From positions 1-64,000 of IMG/VR virus record IMGVR_UViG_3300009103_001698: 64,000 bases of DNA; one strand, given 5' to 3'. Shown piece by piece: positions 7,885 through 18,261 of this stretch; positions within the stretch are counted from its first letter, which is position 1; the number at the start of each line of letters is the position of its first letter. A program made the translations under genes and the position numbers. Source of the stretch: a virus. The notes under the pieces were generated by a model. The model searched no databases, was not told the DNA's origin, and was given only the letters and a program-made list of their open reading frames with translations.

Positions 7885-10800
7885 ATGGCAAAGATCAATG
7901 CCCAAAGACATGTATCAGGCACACTACAGGCAAAAGGATTGGGACCGCAAAGCAACAAAGCGGTTGACCCCAATTCTGTGGATAATTGTACTCTTTGGAC
8001 TGACTTCACCGACACATCAAAAGTAAAAACAACTGGCTCTGATCCTGGCAACCAAATCTATAAGGTTGAGGACAAATCTCGTCAGGGTAATGATCCTTAC
8101 CAAAGGTATTTCTCTCCAACAGACTTTGCGGATTGTTCGCTGTGGCTGGATGCTGATGATGCTTCATCGATAACACTCAATGGAACAGACGTTTCACAGT
8201 GGAACGATAAATCCGGCAACAGCCGGCATCTGTCCCAGAGTGCGGCAACAAACCAACCAGCGCTAACCACCGCCGGACTGAACGGTAAATCGGTGGTCAC
8301 TTTTGACGGCAACGATAATTATCTGGTTCGTGACGATGCCCTAGGGTTCAGCGGGAACCCTGCCGCGTCAGTCTTCATTGTGGTGAAGGATAACGAGTAC
8401 GCAGGTTATGAGAATCGGGTCTTGAACTTTGGGAGGGATGGCAACAGTAACGACCGCCAGAACATCGGCTTTGGCACAGACGCAAGCTGGCGCTTCAATG
8501 GTGGCGCTCATGTGTTTGCCAATGACGAACTCGACGACAACGTGCCAGCCATTGGCACTTGGCGATGTCCAGCCGGTCAAACGTTTGCGGATAGTGATTT
8601 TTTCCGCAATGGCGCAGCTGGGGCGACAACATCGACAAGCAATCCATCTTTACAAGTCAATATTCCAAGCAGCGTGGATTTATACACCACCCTGGGCAAA
8701 GGCTGGGGTCAGAACAATGATCACAATGATAACATTTTTTGGATTAGCGGCTTCATCGCAGAGGTCATCGTCTACAATCGCTACATTACGGACGCAGAGC
8801 GAGCCACAGTAGAAACCTACCTCCAAAACAAATGGAACATAACAGTCGCAACACAGTCAGCTGATACCATCTTTACTTCTCATTATCCTAACCATTTAGG
8901 TACAGAAGGATTTGGGCTAAACAACCTTCCAAGTATGAGAGCAACAGATGCCAATCTTCATTTGGACATCTCTGGCTCTTGGACGTCCAACACTGGCTCA
9001 ACAGTATACGGAGTATTCCGCAAATACGAAAATTCAGGTAATGACTATCTCTTATCATACGGTGAGAGGAAAATAAGAACAAGCGGTTCCAACCTACAAT
9101 GGGTCGCAACAGGAGACACAACACTTCAAGCATCTTCTTCTTTATCAACAGGCACTGACTATTTGGTTACAGTCACAGAAGATAGAACGTCGACTTTCTC
9201 ACCAACAGACATTGTTAGTTGTTCACTGTGGTTGGACGCTGATGATGCTTCTTCAATAACACTCAATGGAACAAACATTTCACAGTGGACAAACAAAGCC
9301 CCAGCACCATACGCTGGATTATTTGATCTTACCCAGTCCAGCGCAGCGTCACAACCAGCTTTTGTAACCGACGGTCAGAACGGCAGATCGGTGGTGCGCT
9401 TTGATACAACAGTCGACGAAGAGTTGAACGGTGTTGGTTCGGATGCCTACCAAACCCCAGCCGCATCAAACGACGAGGTGACGATCTTTGCGGTTTGCCG
9501 ATTCACCACAGGACACACCATAACAAGACTAGCCGTCTCGGCTATTATTGGTTGGGGGTTGGATTCCAACTACAGGTGGGACGTATCACCCAAGGGCTGG
9601 TTTGGGTTTGGCGACGGAGAAAACAATAGCAACGGACACTGTCTGGTGGCGGACGGGTATAAAGAATCCAGTTCATTTGTAAAAGCCTCGCTCGCCAGTC
9701 CATTTGGATTCACCGAGAATAACCGTATCTACTCTTTTAGAAATCAAGCCGCCGCACCCTTGAGAATCAACGGCGATGGGAGTCTGACACTGAATCAAAA
9801 TGATGCTCCACTGGCAAATACTTATTACTCAGACACCGCGAAAAAGTGGCTGACCGTGGGACGGGGCAATGCTGAGAGTTACGCCAACAACTTCGACGGC
9901 GATATCTGCGAAATCATCTGCTACGCAAGAAACCTAACAGACGCTGAAACGACCACAGTAGAAACCTACCTCCAAAACAAATGGAACATAACAGTAGCAA
10001 CTTCGTCCTACACAGAAGGAAACGAACCTGTCTCCTCTATGTACCTCAATGGCGTATTAGAACAACACTCAACAGCAATAAGCTCTTCCAATACACTTGC
10101 TTACGGCTCAATCGGCGGTTCAGGTTCATCAGGCGGCAACTTCGCAGGCAACATTGGTGAGATTGTTATGTATGATCCTCCTGTTACATCGTGGAGAAAC
10201 AGAAAGAAAGTTGAAAGATACTTGGCAGACAAATACAACATTAACTATACAGGGTTCCAACCAGACCAAATAACAGCATCAATTGACGCAACTGGCAACA
10301 GCGATTCAAAGTTGGTTCTGTGGCTTGATGCTTCTGATCAGAGCACTGTTACTAATACAGTTGTTGAAGCTTGGGTACCAACAGACATTGTTAGTTGTTC
10401 GTTGTGGCTGGATGCTGATGATGCTTCTTCAATAACGCTTTCTCCAGCTGGAATAACATCGTCGATTAACACTAACTATGCTTTGGCTACTAATGGTTCT
10501 ACTGCTAGTGCTAGTAGTATCTCAGGTCAGTGGGGATCTCCACCTTCTGTTATTATCGACGGTGCTACTGATGGTAATGGCGAAGCAAAATGTAACCACA
10601 CAAACCAAGAAACCAACTCTTGGGTTCAAGTCGACTTCGGTCAAAGCAGAGACATAAATAAGGTTGTTATTTGGAATAGAACAGATGGTACTAACGAAAA
10701 TCGTCTAGACGGCTATAGGCTAGATTTTTATACTGGTTCGAATGGTGCAGGAAGTGTTGTCCATACGATCTCAGAAAGCCCGGGCAATGGTTGGGCAAGC

Positions 10801-12312
10801 ACCACTTCGACTTTGACTGCTTCAATAGAATGCCGTTCTATCCGACTGGTGAACGAAGATGCTACCCAGCCACAGTTTACCCACATAGCTGAATTTCAAG
10901 CTTTCCATGAGCGCGGTGGCGTTTCACAGTGGACAAACAAAGCCCCAGCACCATACGCTGGATTATTTGATCTTACCCAGTCCAGCGCAGTGTCACAACC
11001 AGCTTTTGTAACCGACGGTCAGAACGGCAGGTCTGTTGTGCGGTTTGATTACTCTGTAGATGAAGAGTTGAATGGTGTTGGCTCGGACGCTTACCAAACG
11101 CCAGCTTCTAGCGGTGGGGAACTCACGATCTTTGCTGTTTGTCGATACTCGACGGGGCACTCTAAGACAAGCACTTATATCGCCGGTGTTTTGGGCTTTG
11201 CCTTGAACTCTGCCTACGGGTTTTACTTTAGCGGCTCTGAAGGTGGTTTTGCGTTTGGAGATAGCGACGATTACGCCGGCCATTATCTGATGGGCGAAAC
11301 CATGCGCTTCCCCACAAACAGCGATTTTAAAAAGATATCACTTGCCAGCCCAAACGGGTTCACAGAAACCAATCGCATTTACACACTACGAAATCAAGCC
11401 ACCGCCCCCCTACGAATCAACGGCGATGGGAGCCAAACGCTTCAACACAACGACGCGCCCATGCCCGGTGTTTATCAGTCAGACACCGATCACAAATGGC
11501 TGACTGTCGGGCGTGGGTACGCCGACTATGCCAGCAACTTCGACGGTGATATCTGCGAAATCATCTGCTACGCAAAAAACCTAACAGACGCTGAAATGAC
11601 CACAGTAGAAACCTACCTCCAAAACAAATGGAGTGTTACAGTCGCAACTCAATCAAGCGACGTAACACCTTATTCAGCCGGCATCTCCAACTGGTCATCA
11701 AAGGTTGGCAGTATTTCTGCTACACAAACTTCTGCTTCTTACAGACCAACAACAGGCAGTATAGACGGAAAGAAGATGATCTTTTTCAGCGGTTCATCGG
11801 ATTCAACTGCTCCTTACTTGGAGATTACAGGTGCGGCAACGGCTTCACTGGACTTCGTTGCTGGAACAGACGCTTATACAGTATTCGTTGCTCACCAACA
11901 GAACTCTGGCAGTGGCTATGATACACTTATAGGCAGTGGACCACAATACGCTTTGAGCTATGACAGAAACAACGCTCTCCTCAAAAGTGACTTTGGCACA
12001 GGCACAGTTTCAGGAAGCAACACTCACGGTTCAACTTTCCACCTTGCCAGTTCTCTAACATCAACAACACTAAACAAAGTGTATGTTACAGGTACACTGT
12101 CAGCAACGGGTGCTATTGGAAGTGCTGTAACTGGCTCTTCTGCTGTTCATATTGGAGCACAAGAAGTTTCAAGTTCTGTAACCAACCGACTTCAAAGTGG
12201 TTCGATCGGAGAAATCCTTGTTTATTCAGGTTCTCTAACAAACTTTGAGAGAAAACAAGTTGAAGAATACTTATACGATAAGTGGGAGATAGAAACAAGT
12301 GCCTCTTATTAA
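7885..12312 (+). CDS. Large multi-LamG/ConA-like adhesin/fibre protein with an inserted F5/8 (fucolectin-like) domain
   Basis: Several LWLDA...EII.Y...VETYLQNKW modules; NYAL...HTNQETNSWVQVDFG...VVIWNRTD F5/8 motif. Confidence 0.75.
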   Translation: MAKINAQRHVSGTLQAKGLGPQSNKAVDPNSVDNCTLWTDFTDTSKVKTTGSDPGNQIYKVEDKSRQGNDPYQRYFSPTDFADCSLWLDADDASSITLNGTDVSQWNDKSGNSRHLSQSAATNQPALTTAGLNGKSVVTFDGNDNYLVRDDALGFSGNPAASVFIVVKDNEYAGYENRVLNFGRDGNSNDRQNIGFGTDASWRFNGGAHVFANDELDDNVPAIGTWRCPAGQTFADSDFFRNGAAGATTSTSNPSLQVNIPSSVDLYTTLGKGWGQNNDHNDNIFWISGFIAEVIVYNRYITDAERATVETYLQNKWNITVATQSADTIFTSHYPNHLGTEGFGLNNLPSMRATDANLHLDISGSWTSNTGSTVYGVFRKYENSGNDYLLSYGERKIRTSGSNLQWVATGDTTLQASSSLSTGTDYLVTVTEDRTSTFSPTDIVSCSLWLDADDASSITLNGTNISQWTNKAPAPYAGLFDLTQSSAASQPAFVTDGQNGRSVVRFDTTVDEELNGVGSDAYQTPAASNDEVTIFAVCRFTTGHTITRLAVSAIIGWGLDSNYRWDVSPKGWFGFGDGENNSNGHCLVADGYKESSSFVKASLASPFGFTENNRIYSFRNQAAAPLRINGDGSLTLNQNDAPLANTYYSDTAKKWLTVGRGNAESYANNFDGDICEIICYARNLTDAETTTVETYLQNKWNITVATSSYTEGNEPVSSMYLNGVLEQHSTAISSSNTLAYGSIGGSGSSGGNFAGNIGEIVMYDPPVTSWRNRKKVERYLADKYNINYTGFQPDQITASIDATGNSDSKLVLWLDASDQSTVTNTVVEAWVPTDIVSCSLWLDADDASSITLSPAGITSSINTNYALATNGSTASASSISGQWGSPPSVIIDGATDGNGEAKCNHTNQETNSWVQVDFGQSRDINKVVIWNRTDGTNENRLDGYRLDFYTGSNGAGSVVHTISESPGNGWASTTSTLTASIECRSIRLVNEDATQPQFTHIAEFQAFHERGGVSQWTNKAPAPYAGLFDLTQSSAVSQPAFVTDGQNGRSVVRFDYSVDEELNGVGSDAYQTPASSGGELTIFAVCRYSTGHSKTSTYIAGVLGFALNSAYGFYFSGSEGGFAFGDSDDYAGHYLMGETMRFPTNSDFKKISLASPNGFTETNRIYTLRNQATAPLRINGDGSQTLQHNDAPMPGVYQSDTDHKWLTVGRGYADYASNFDGDICEIICYAKNLTDAEMTTVETYLQNKWSVTVATQSSDVTPYSAGISNWSSKVGSISATQTSASYRPTTGSIDGKKMIFFSGSSDSTAPYLEITGAATASLDFVAGTDAYTVFVAHQQNSGSGYDTLIGSGPQYALSYDRNNALLKSDFGTGTVSGSNTHGSTFHLASSLTSTTLNKVYVTGTLSATGAIGSAVTGSSAVHIGAQEVSSSVTNRLQSGSIGEILVYSGSLTNFERKQVEEYLYDKWEIETSASY

Positions 12313-15223
12313 TAAACAACGATTGATGGGTTCAGGACAGGTGACAAGCGCATCTGCTCAAAACGAAGGAACATTTCATCCAAAGCAAGTTTCAGGACTT
12401 CAACAATGGTATGATGCTTCTGACGCTTCAACACTTGCTACAGCGAGTGTTGTTACTGAAACTAACCATGCTTTGGCGAGCAATGGCTCTACTGCTACTC
12501 AGGTTGGTACCAACTATGGCGGCGTTGCGTCAAGAGCGATTGATGGTAATACTGACGGCAATTGGAACAATGGCTCTGTAACTCACACTAATTCTACAAC
12601 CAATGCTTGGTGGCAAGTAGATTTCGGTCAAACTAGAAGCATAGACAAGGTTGTTATTTGGAATAGAACAGATAACGCTCAGGATCGTCTAGACGGCTAT
12701 AGGTTAGATTTTTATACTGGTTCGAATGGTGCAGGAAGTGTTGTCCACACTATCTCAGAAAGCCCGAGCATCCCTAGTTGGACAAGCACCACTTCGACTC
12801 TGACTGCTTCGGTTGCCTGCCGCTCTATCCGACTGGTGAACGAAGATGCTACCCAGCCACAGTATCTCTCCATAGCTGAATTTCAAGCGTTTCAATCCGA
12901 GGTGGTAAGTCAATATCTATATCTCACACAATGGCAAGACAAAAGCGGTAATGCCTTTCACCTAACAGCAAGCAGCACAACATCAGCACCCGTATTATCA
13001 GCAAATGAGATCTATACACACGCAGCAGTTCAATTCTCTGGTACTGTATCAAGCTCACTGCCAGTTGTAACATCGTCTGCTGTTTATGGAAACAACTGGT
13101 ATCCAACCAGTATTGCTTCTTGTTCGTTATGGCTGGACGCTGACGATGCAAGCACGATAAGCGAGAGCGGCGGTGCTATCTCAGCCTGGACTAACAAAGC
13201 TCCCGCGCCCTATGCCGGGCTCTTCGACCTTACACAGAGCAATGGGGCAAACCAGCCTTCTCTGATAGCTGGCGGACAAAACAGCCGCTCTGTTGTGCGG
13301 TTCAACACGTCTGTGGATGAAGAGCTGAACGGCGTTGGTTCAGACACATATCAGACACCGGCCTCTAGCGGTAAAGAGATCACGATCTTTATGGTTTGTC
13401 GTTTTTCGACAGGTCACTCCAGAACAAGCCAATACATAGCAGGCATCCTGGGCTTTGCTTTGGACTCTGATTATAGAGCCAACGGTGCCGATAAGGGTGG
13501 CATTGCGTTTGGTGATGCAGAAGGTAGCGCCGGTCATTATCTGATGGGCGACCAGATGCATTGGCCCACGACCAACACATTCAAAAAAGCATCGCTTGCC
13601 AGCCCCAACGGATTCACCGAAAGCCAGCGCGTTTACACATTTAGGAACCAAGCCACCGCACCAATGAGAATCAACGGCGACGGAAGCCTGACACTTAAAC
13701 AGAACGACTCCCCCCTACTCGGTGTTTATCGGTCGGACACCGATCACAAATGGTTGACCGTCGGGCGCGCTTACGCCGACACCAGCTATCCCAGCAACTT
13801 CGATGGCGATATCTGCGAAATCATTTGTTATGCGGCCAACCTCTCGGACGCTGAAACGACCACAGTAGAAACCTACCTCCAAAACAAATGGGACATAACA
13901 GTGGCAACTCAATCAAGCGATATAACTTCAGACAACACAGATGTCGCCTATCCAACGCAATCTGTCTCAACCGAAGCCAAGTCTATTGTTGCTGTAATCA
14001 AGCAGGACAGCGCATCCTCGGGCTCTGTATGGGCATTCAAAAGTGGCAGCAACTACTACGGAACATTCTCAACAGACCGAGCAGGAAATACAGATTTTGC
14101 TTATGGCAGCAATACACAAACATCGTCTTTGACATCACCGTTTACCAACGCAGTACCAGCTGTTGTATCAACTGTCTGGGGCGGTGGGTATTCAAAGGTC
14201 TACAAAGACGGCACACTACAAACAAGCAACCAACTAAACAACACCATTAGTGGCAGTGCTCATCTGGTTATTGGACAAGAAGTTATTGATGGTCCTTGGG
14301 AACCAACAGACATTGTTAGTTGTTCGTTGTGGCTGGATGCTGATGATGCTTCTTCAATAACACTTTCTGGTTCCAATGTTACTCAATGGAGTGATAAATC
14401 AGGTAATGGAAATCATTATGGACACGCAACCGCAGCTAATCAACCTGCTTATTCAGCGTCTGTGATTAATGGTCGTTCTGTGGTGACAACATATGATTCA
14501 GGAGATGCCCAATTTTTAAGTTGTAGTTCTACAACTGATTATGTTGATAGCAGTAATCATTTTACAACTTTTATGGTTACTCAACAATATGATGAGACGG
14601 GCGGATACGGGGCTGCTTTACCGTTCTATTTTGGGGGTGCGTCTCTAACCAGTAATGGTTCTCAATATATAGCATATCAGCTGTGGGAGCCGGGTACTGT
14701 TTATTCTAATACCTATATGATGAATAATGCGTCAAAGGATGCCACTATATCAATTGATTGGTTAGCAGATTGGAAAGGACAAACCAAAATTATAACTGGT
14801 CGACAGCATTCTGCCGGGGTAGAATTGAGATTAACTGGTACGCTAGGCAATTTGAATGCCAGTGGCGTCAACACTGTAAATGGTACAGGGGCATCGTTGA
14901 TTGGAGCCGACCTCATCACTCAAACCAGTTACAGATCTAATATTCACTTCGCAGAAATCATTCAATATAACAGAGGACTAACAGACGCAGAATGTGCCAC
15001 AGTTGAAACCTACCTCCAAAACAAATGGGACATAACAGTAGCAACACAATCAACAAACCCAGTCCTAAACTCTGATAATACATCAACAGCAACACCAACA
15101 ACAAACGCTTGGTCAGGATCAATTGGAGAAATGCTTGTTTACAACCGAGCAATAAGCGATAAGGAAAGAAACCGAGCAGAAAACTATTTACAACAGAAGT
15201 GGAGAGTTACAGGAAGTAGCTAA
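12299..15223 (+). CDS. Multi-LamG adhesin/fibre protein with F5/8 domain
   Basis: ASRAIDGNTDG...THT..NAWWQVDFG...IWNRTD plus LamG modules. Confidence 0.75.
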   Translation: MPLINKQRLMGSGQVTSASAQNEGTFHPKQVSGLQQWYDASDASTLATASVVTETNHALASNGSTATQVGTNYGGVASRAIDGNTDGNWNNGSVTHTNSTTNAWWQVDFGQTRSIDKVVIWNRTDNAQDRLDGYRLDFYTGSNGAGSVVHTISESPSIPSWTSTTSTLTASVACRSIRLVNEDATQPQYLSIAEFQAFQSEVVSQYLYLTQWQDKSGNAFHLTASSTTSAPVLSANEIYTHAAVQFSGTVSSSLPVVTSSAVYGNNWYPTSIASCSLWLDADDASTISESGGAISAWTNKAPAPYAGLFDLTQSNGANQPSLIAGGQNSRSVVRFNTSVDEELNGVGSDTYQTPASSGKEITIFMVCRFSTGHSRTSQYIAGILGFALDSDYRANGADKGGIAFGDAEGSAGHYLMGDQMHWPTTNTFKKASLASPNGFTESQRVYTFRNQATAPMRINGDGSLTLKQNDSPLLGVYRSDTDHKWLTVGRAYADTSYPSNFDGDICEIICYAANLSDAETTTVETYLQNKWDITVATQSSDITSDNTDVAYPTQSVSTEAKSIVAVIKQDSASSGSVWAFKSGSNYYGTFSTDRAGNTDFAYGSNTQTSSLTSPFTNAVPAVVSTVWGGGYSKVYKDGTLQTSNQLNNTISGSAHLVIGQEVIDGPWEPTDIVSCSLWLDADDASSITLSGSNVTQWSDKSGNGNHYGHATAANQPAYSASVINGRSVVTTYDSGDAQFLSCSSTTDYVDSSNHFTTFMVTQQYDETGGYGAALPFYFGGASLTSNGSQYIAYQLWEPGTVYSNTYMMNNASKDATISIDWLADWKGQTKIITGRQHSAGVELRLTGTLGNLNASGVNTVNGTGASLIGADLITQTSYRSNIHFAEIIQYNRGLTDAECATVETYLQNKWDITVATQSTNPVLNSDNTSTATPTTNAWSGSIGEMLVYNRAISDKERNRAENYLQQKWRVTGSS

Positions 15224-15249
15224 ACAATAATAACATTAAGGAGAAAACA

Positions 15250-15537
15250 ATGGCAACAGTATTATCATTCACAACGGAAGCAGAAGCAGACACAGCACAA
15301 GCACAAGTGGCAACCAATATGGGCTTACCACGAGTTGGTGTGAACGCAGCAACTGGCTTACCAGAACCAAATGCTACAAGAACAACTGCTTGGGCAACAG
15401 TTCAAAAAAAGTGGGAAGAAGATAAATGGTATTTTTCTAAACCCCCTGAAAGTTCAATGGACGGTGTTTCGGGTCATACAGAAGAAGAAACTGACGACAC
15501 TTGGCACGAGCCAATGGACGAAGATATGATGCCTTAA
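15250..15537 (+). CDS. Small acidic protein, possible fibre chaperone
   Basis: Strong AAGGAG SD directly after the fibre genes. Confidence 0.5.
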   Translation: MATVLSFTTEAEADTAQAQVATNMGLPRVGVNAATGLPEPNATRTTAWATVQKKWEEDKWYFSKPPESSMDGVSGHTEEETDDTWHEPMDEDMMP

Positions 15538-15591
15538 CAGTGGCGAACAAAAATAACAAACTATTTATTATAGCAACATAGGACAAATAAA

Positions 15592-15987
15592 ATGGCTTCA
15601 TATCAAAACTATAAACCAGGGATCGGCTCTGTCGGATCATACCAAATAGCAGCAGTCCCTTACATTACAGGGTCGGCAGCGTTGACAGTCGGTGCGGAAC
15701 ATCAAATTTCATTTCCAGCAGTGGCAAGATCGGTCACAGTCGTACTGAATTCAGCGAGCACAGAAATGAAAGTTCATTTTAATGCTTCTGGTTCAGGTAA
15801 TGTTGTAACTGGAAGACACTATGTTACTCTTGATAGTAAGGAAGACGCGGTGTCTTTTAATGTCCGTTGTAAAGAAATCTATGTCTCATCCACAACTGGA
15901 ACCTGTACTTACACTGTCATCGCAGAACTTACCAGCATTGGAACAGGCGAAATGGGAGCATTGACCGGCTCTGGTTTGACTGAATAA
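15592..15987 (+). CDS. Putative virion structural protein, paralog of 6593-7000
   Basis: Shared motifs and identical C-terminus ALTGSGLTE. Confidence 0.6.
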   Translation: MASYQNYKPGIGSVGSYQIAAVPYITGSAALTVGAEHQISFPAVARSVTVVLNSASTEMKVHFNASGSGNVVTGRHYVTLDSKEDAVSFNVRCKEIYVSSTTGTCTYTVIAELTSIGTGEMGALTGSGLTE

Positions 15988-15999
15988 AGGAACCAACAA

Positions 16000-16752
16000 A
16001 TGGCACGTTACACACCAGGAGCATCAGCAGCAACAACAGTAAGAAGAAACTTGTGGCAAAAGCCGGCAACACCGCATGAATACGACGACGAATTTGAGAG
16101 TACAACGCTTGACCCAGCATGGGTTTATTACGTCAATGGTGTGCTTCACGGGTCTCCACCATCGTCAACCGCCATTGACATCTATGGCGCTGTGGCTGAG
16201 ACAGAGGCGCGAATGCATACCCATGAGACCCACACACCAAGCTGGCTGAGGGTACAATGCTCGACGGATAACAACCACATGCATATGTTACAAAAGACCA
16301 TAGACAGGTCGACGTGTGGTGATGACTTTTTAGTGTTGCTCCGATTCCGATTCACCCAAGACTTGTCCGCGTCTGACTATGAATCGCTGGTGATGCTACA
16401 GCTACAGAACGCGGCTGGTACGGATGAATCATGGATTCGAGTGGTACAAAAATATCACGGCAGTAGTGGTTTACTGGTGCAGGCGACAACGCCTGAAGGC
16501 AGCACCTCGACGACAACGGCGATAACAAACGAAGGCACAGCCATTCAATATATCGCAATGCAATGTGTCGGAAACAGTGTTTTTCATTGGTGTGGAACGT
16601 CGTCGAACTTCATCTTTGTTGGCGAGCAAGACCAGGGCACCACGTTTGAACCGACCAAGTTAATGCTAAAGTTTCGGCGTACTGCTGGAGACACTCAGAT
16701 TCTGAGCGTCGATTTTGTCCGCATAATTCCGGGCGCGACATTCCCATTCTAA
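16000..16752 (+). CDS. Beta-sandwich (ConA-like) protein, tandem paralog 1
   Basis: MARYTPG...TPH.YDDEF.STTLD..W...DF.R....FPF. Confidence 0.6.
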   Translation: MARYTPGASAATTVRRNLWQKPATPHEYDDEFESTTLDPAWVYYVNGVLHGSPPSSTAIDIYGAVAETEARMHTHETHTPSWLRVQCSTDNNHMHMLQKTIDRSTCGDDFLVLLRFRFTQDLSASDYESLVMLQLQNAAGTDESWIRVVQKYHGSSGLLVQATTPEGSTSTTTAITNEGTAIQYIAMQCVGNSVFHWCGTSSNFIFVGEQDQGTTFEPTKLMLKFRRTAGDTQILSVDFVRIIPGATFPF

Positions 16753-16768
16753 TAAGGACAACAAACAA

Positions 16769-17485
16769 ATGGCACGTTACACACCAGGAGCATCAGAAGC
16801 AGAACCTGATTTGAGTGAACTGTGGTGGCCACCTGAAACACCGCATGCTTACGACGAAGAGTTCGACTCCACAACGCTTGACCCGGCGTGGACATGGGGT
16901 GAGTGGGGCGCATTTTCAACGGTTGCCGGAACGCCCGATGTATACGGAGCAAACCCGACAGACCAGACTTACAGTCTAGCTCAAAGGCCGAGTTGGTTGC
17001 GGGTTCAGCCTGTGCCGGGTTCTGGTGGGAGCCTGTCGAGATCGATCACCTGTCCAACCAACTTCCTGGTTTGGGCACGGTGCTCATTTCAGCTTGATAC
17101 GAACATTGCTGCCAATGAGATTGCGGTCGGCATACTGATTGGCGATGGAGTCGATAGCGTAGTTCTTTACCTCAACGAGAACGACTCAGGACAGACGCAA
17201 GCGCAGTTTGGACCATCAGCCACAGAAACCACGGACGTCGATGCAAAAGGTCAGGCCCTGGAGTATGTGGTGCTTCATAAGGTGGGCTCAACGATTCACG
17301 GCTGGGTTGGGACTGAAAGCAACTGGATTTACATGGGCAGCGCCGCAGCAAGTTGGACACCCAACACGGTCATGGTTCATTGGTGGAGTGGTGGCACAGC
17401 TAATAACATCGCAGCAGGGGATGCGCCTTGGATTGTTGGCTGCGACTTCATCCGCTTCATCGAAACAGACAAGTTCCCATTCTAA
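16769..17485 (+). CDS. Beta-sandwich protein, tandem paralog 2 (divergent core)
   Basis: Same termini as 16000 with a different interior. Confidence 0.6.
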   Translation: MARYTPGASEAEPDLSELWWPPETPHAYDEEFDSTTLDPAWTWGEWGAFSTVAGTPDVYGANPTDQTYSLAQRPSWLRVQPVPGSGGSLSRSITCPTNFLVWARCSFQLDTNIAANEIAVGILIGDGVDSVVLYLNENDSGQTQAQFGPSATETTDVDAKGQALEYVVLHKVGSTIHGWVGTESNWIYMGSAAASWTPNTVMVHWWSGGTANNIAAGDAPWIVGCDFIRFIETDKFPF

Positions 17486-17498
17486 GGACAACAAACAA

Positions 17499-18245
17499 AT
17501 GGCAAGATATAAACCAGGATCATCAGCAGCAGAAACAGTAAGAAGAAACTTGTGGGATCCACCTGCAACACCGCATGCATACGACGATGAGTTTGAGAGT
17601 ACAACGCTTGATTCATCATGGTCTTATTACATCAACGACGTGCTTCACGGGTCTCCCCCGTCATCAACAGCAATTGACATTTATGGCGCTGTGGCTGAGA
17701 CAGAGGCGCGAATGCATACCCATGAGACCCACACACCTAGTTGGCTGCGTGTGCAATGCTCGACGGATAACAATGACTACCACTTCTTGCAGAAGACCAT
17801 TGATAGAGCGACGTGTGGTGATGACTTTTTAGTATTGGTCCGGTTTCGGTTTACGCAAGACCTATCGATGTCTTCCTATGAGTCGTTGGTAATGTTACAG
17901 CTAAACAATGCGGATGACTCTGACACCTCCTATGTGAGAGCGGGCAACAGTATATCGAGCGGGTGGAGGGTACACTGTTCTGCACCTCAAGGCAGTAACT
18001 CGATGACAACGGCGCAGACAAACGAGGGTGCTGCTATCCAGTATATTGGATTGCATTGCGTTGGTGACAGCGTTTTTCACTGGGCCGGGACAAGCTCGAA
18101 TTTTATTTTGCTTGGCGAGGAGGCTTATGGTGCCGCGTTTGACCCAACCAAGTTGATACTGAAGTTTAGACGCTATGCTGGAGATACTCAGATTCTGAGC
18201 GTCGATTTCGTTAGGGTAATCCCCGGGGCAACCTTTCCATTCTAA
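17499..18245 (+). CDS. Beta-sandwich protein, tandem paralog 3
   Basis: Start is MARYKPG at 17499 after an AAGGA SD; closely similar to 16000. Confidence 0.65.
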   Translation: MARYKPGSSAAETVRRNLWDPPATPHAYDDEFESTTLDSSWSYYINDVLHGSPPSSTAIDIYGAVAETEARMHTHETHTPSWLRVQCSTDNNDYHFLQKTIDRATCGDDFLVLVRFRFTQDLSMSSYESLVMLQLNNADDSDTSYVRAGNSISSGWRVHCSAPQGSNSMTTAQTNEGAAIQYIGLHCVGDSVFHWAGTSSNFILLGEEAYGAAFDPTKLILKFRRYAGDTQILSVDFVRVIPGATFPF

Positions 18246-18261
18246 TAAGGACAACAAACAA

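Noticed and set aside
17208-17498. N-terminal extension of ORF 17208-18245
   Set aside because: It overlaps gene 16769-17485; the paralog-matching start with an SD is at 17499.
1-18245. Diversity-generating retroelement behind the variable fibre repeats
   Set aside because: No reverse transcriptase or non-coding template repeat is in the window, and differences between copies are not adenine-specific.
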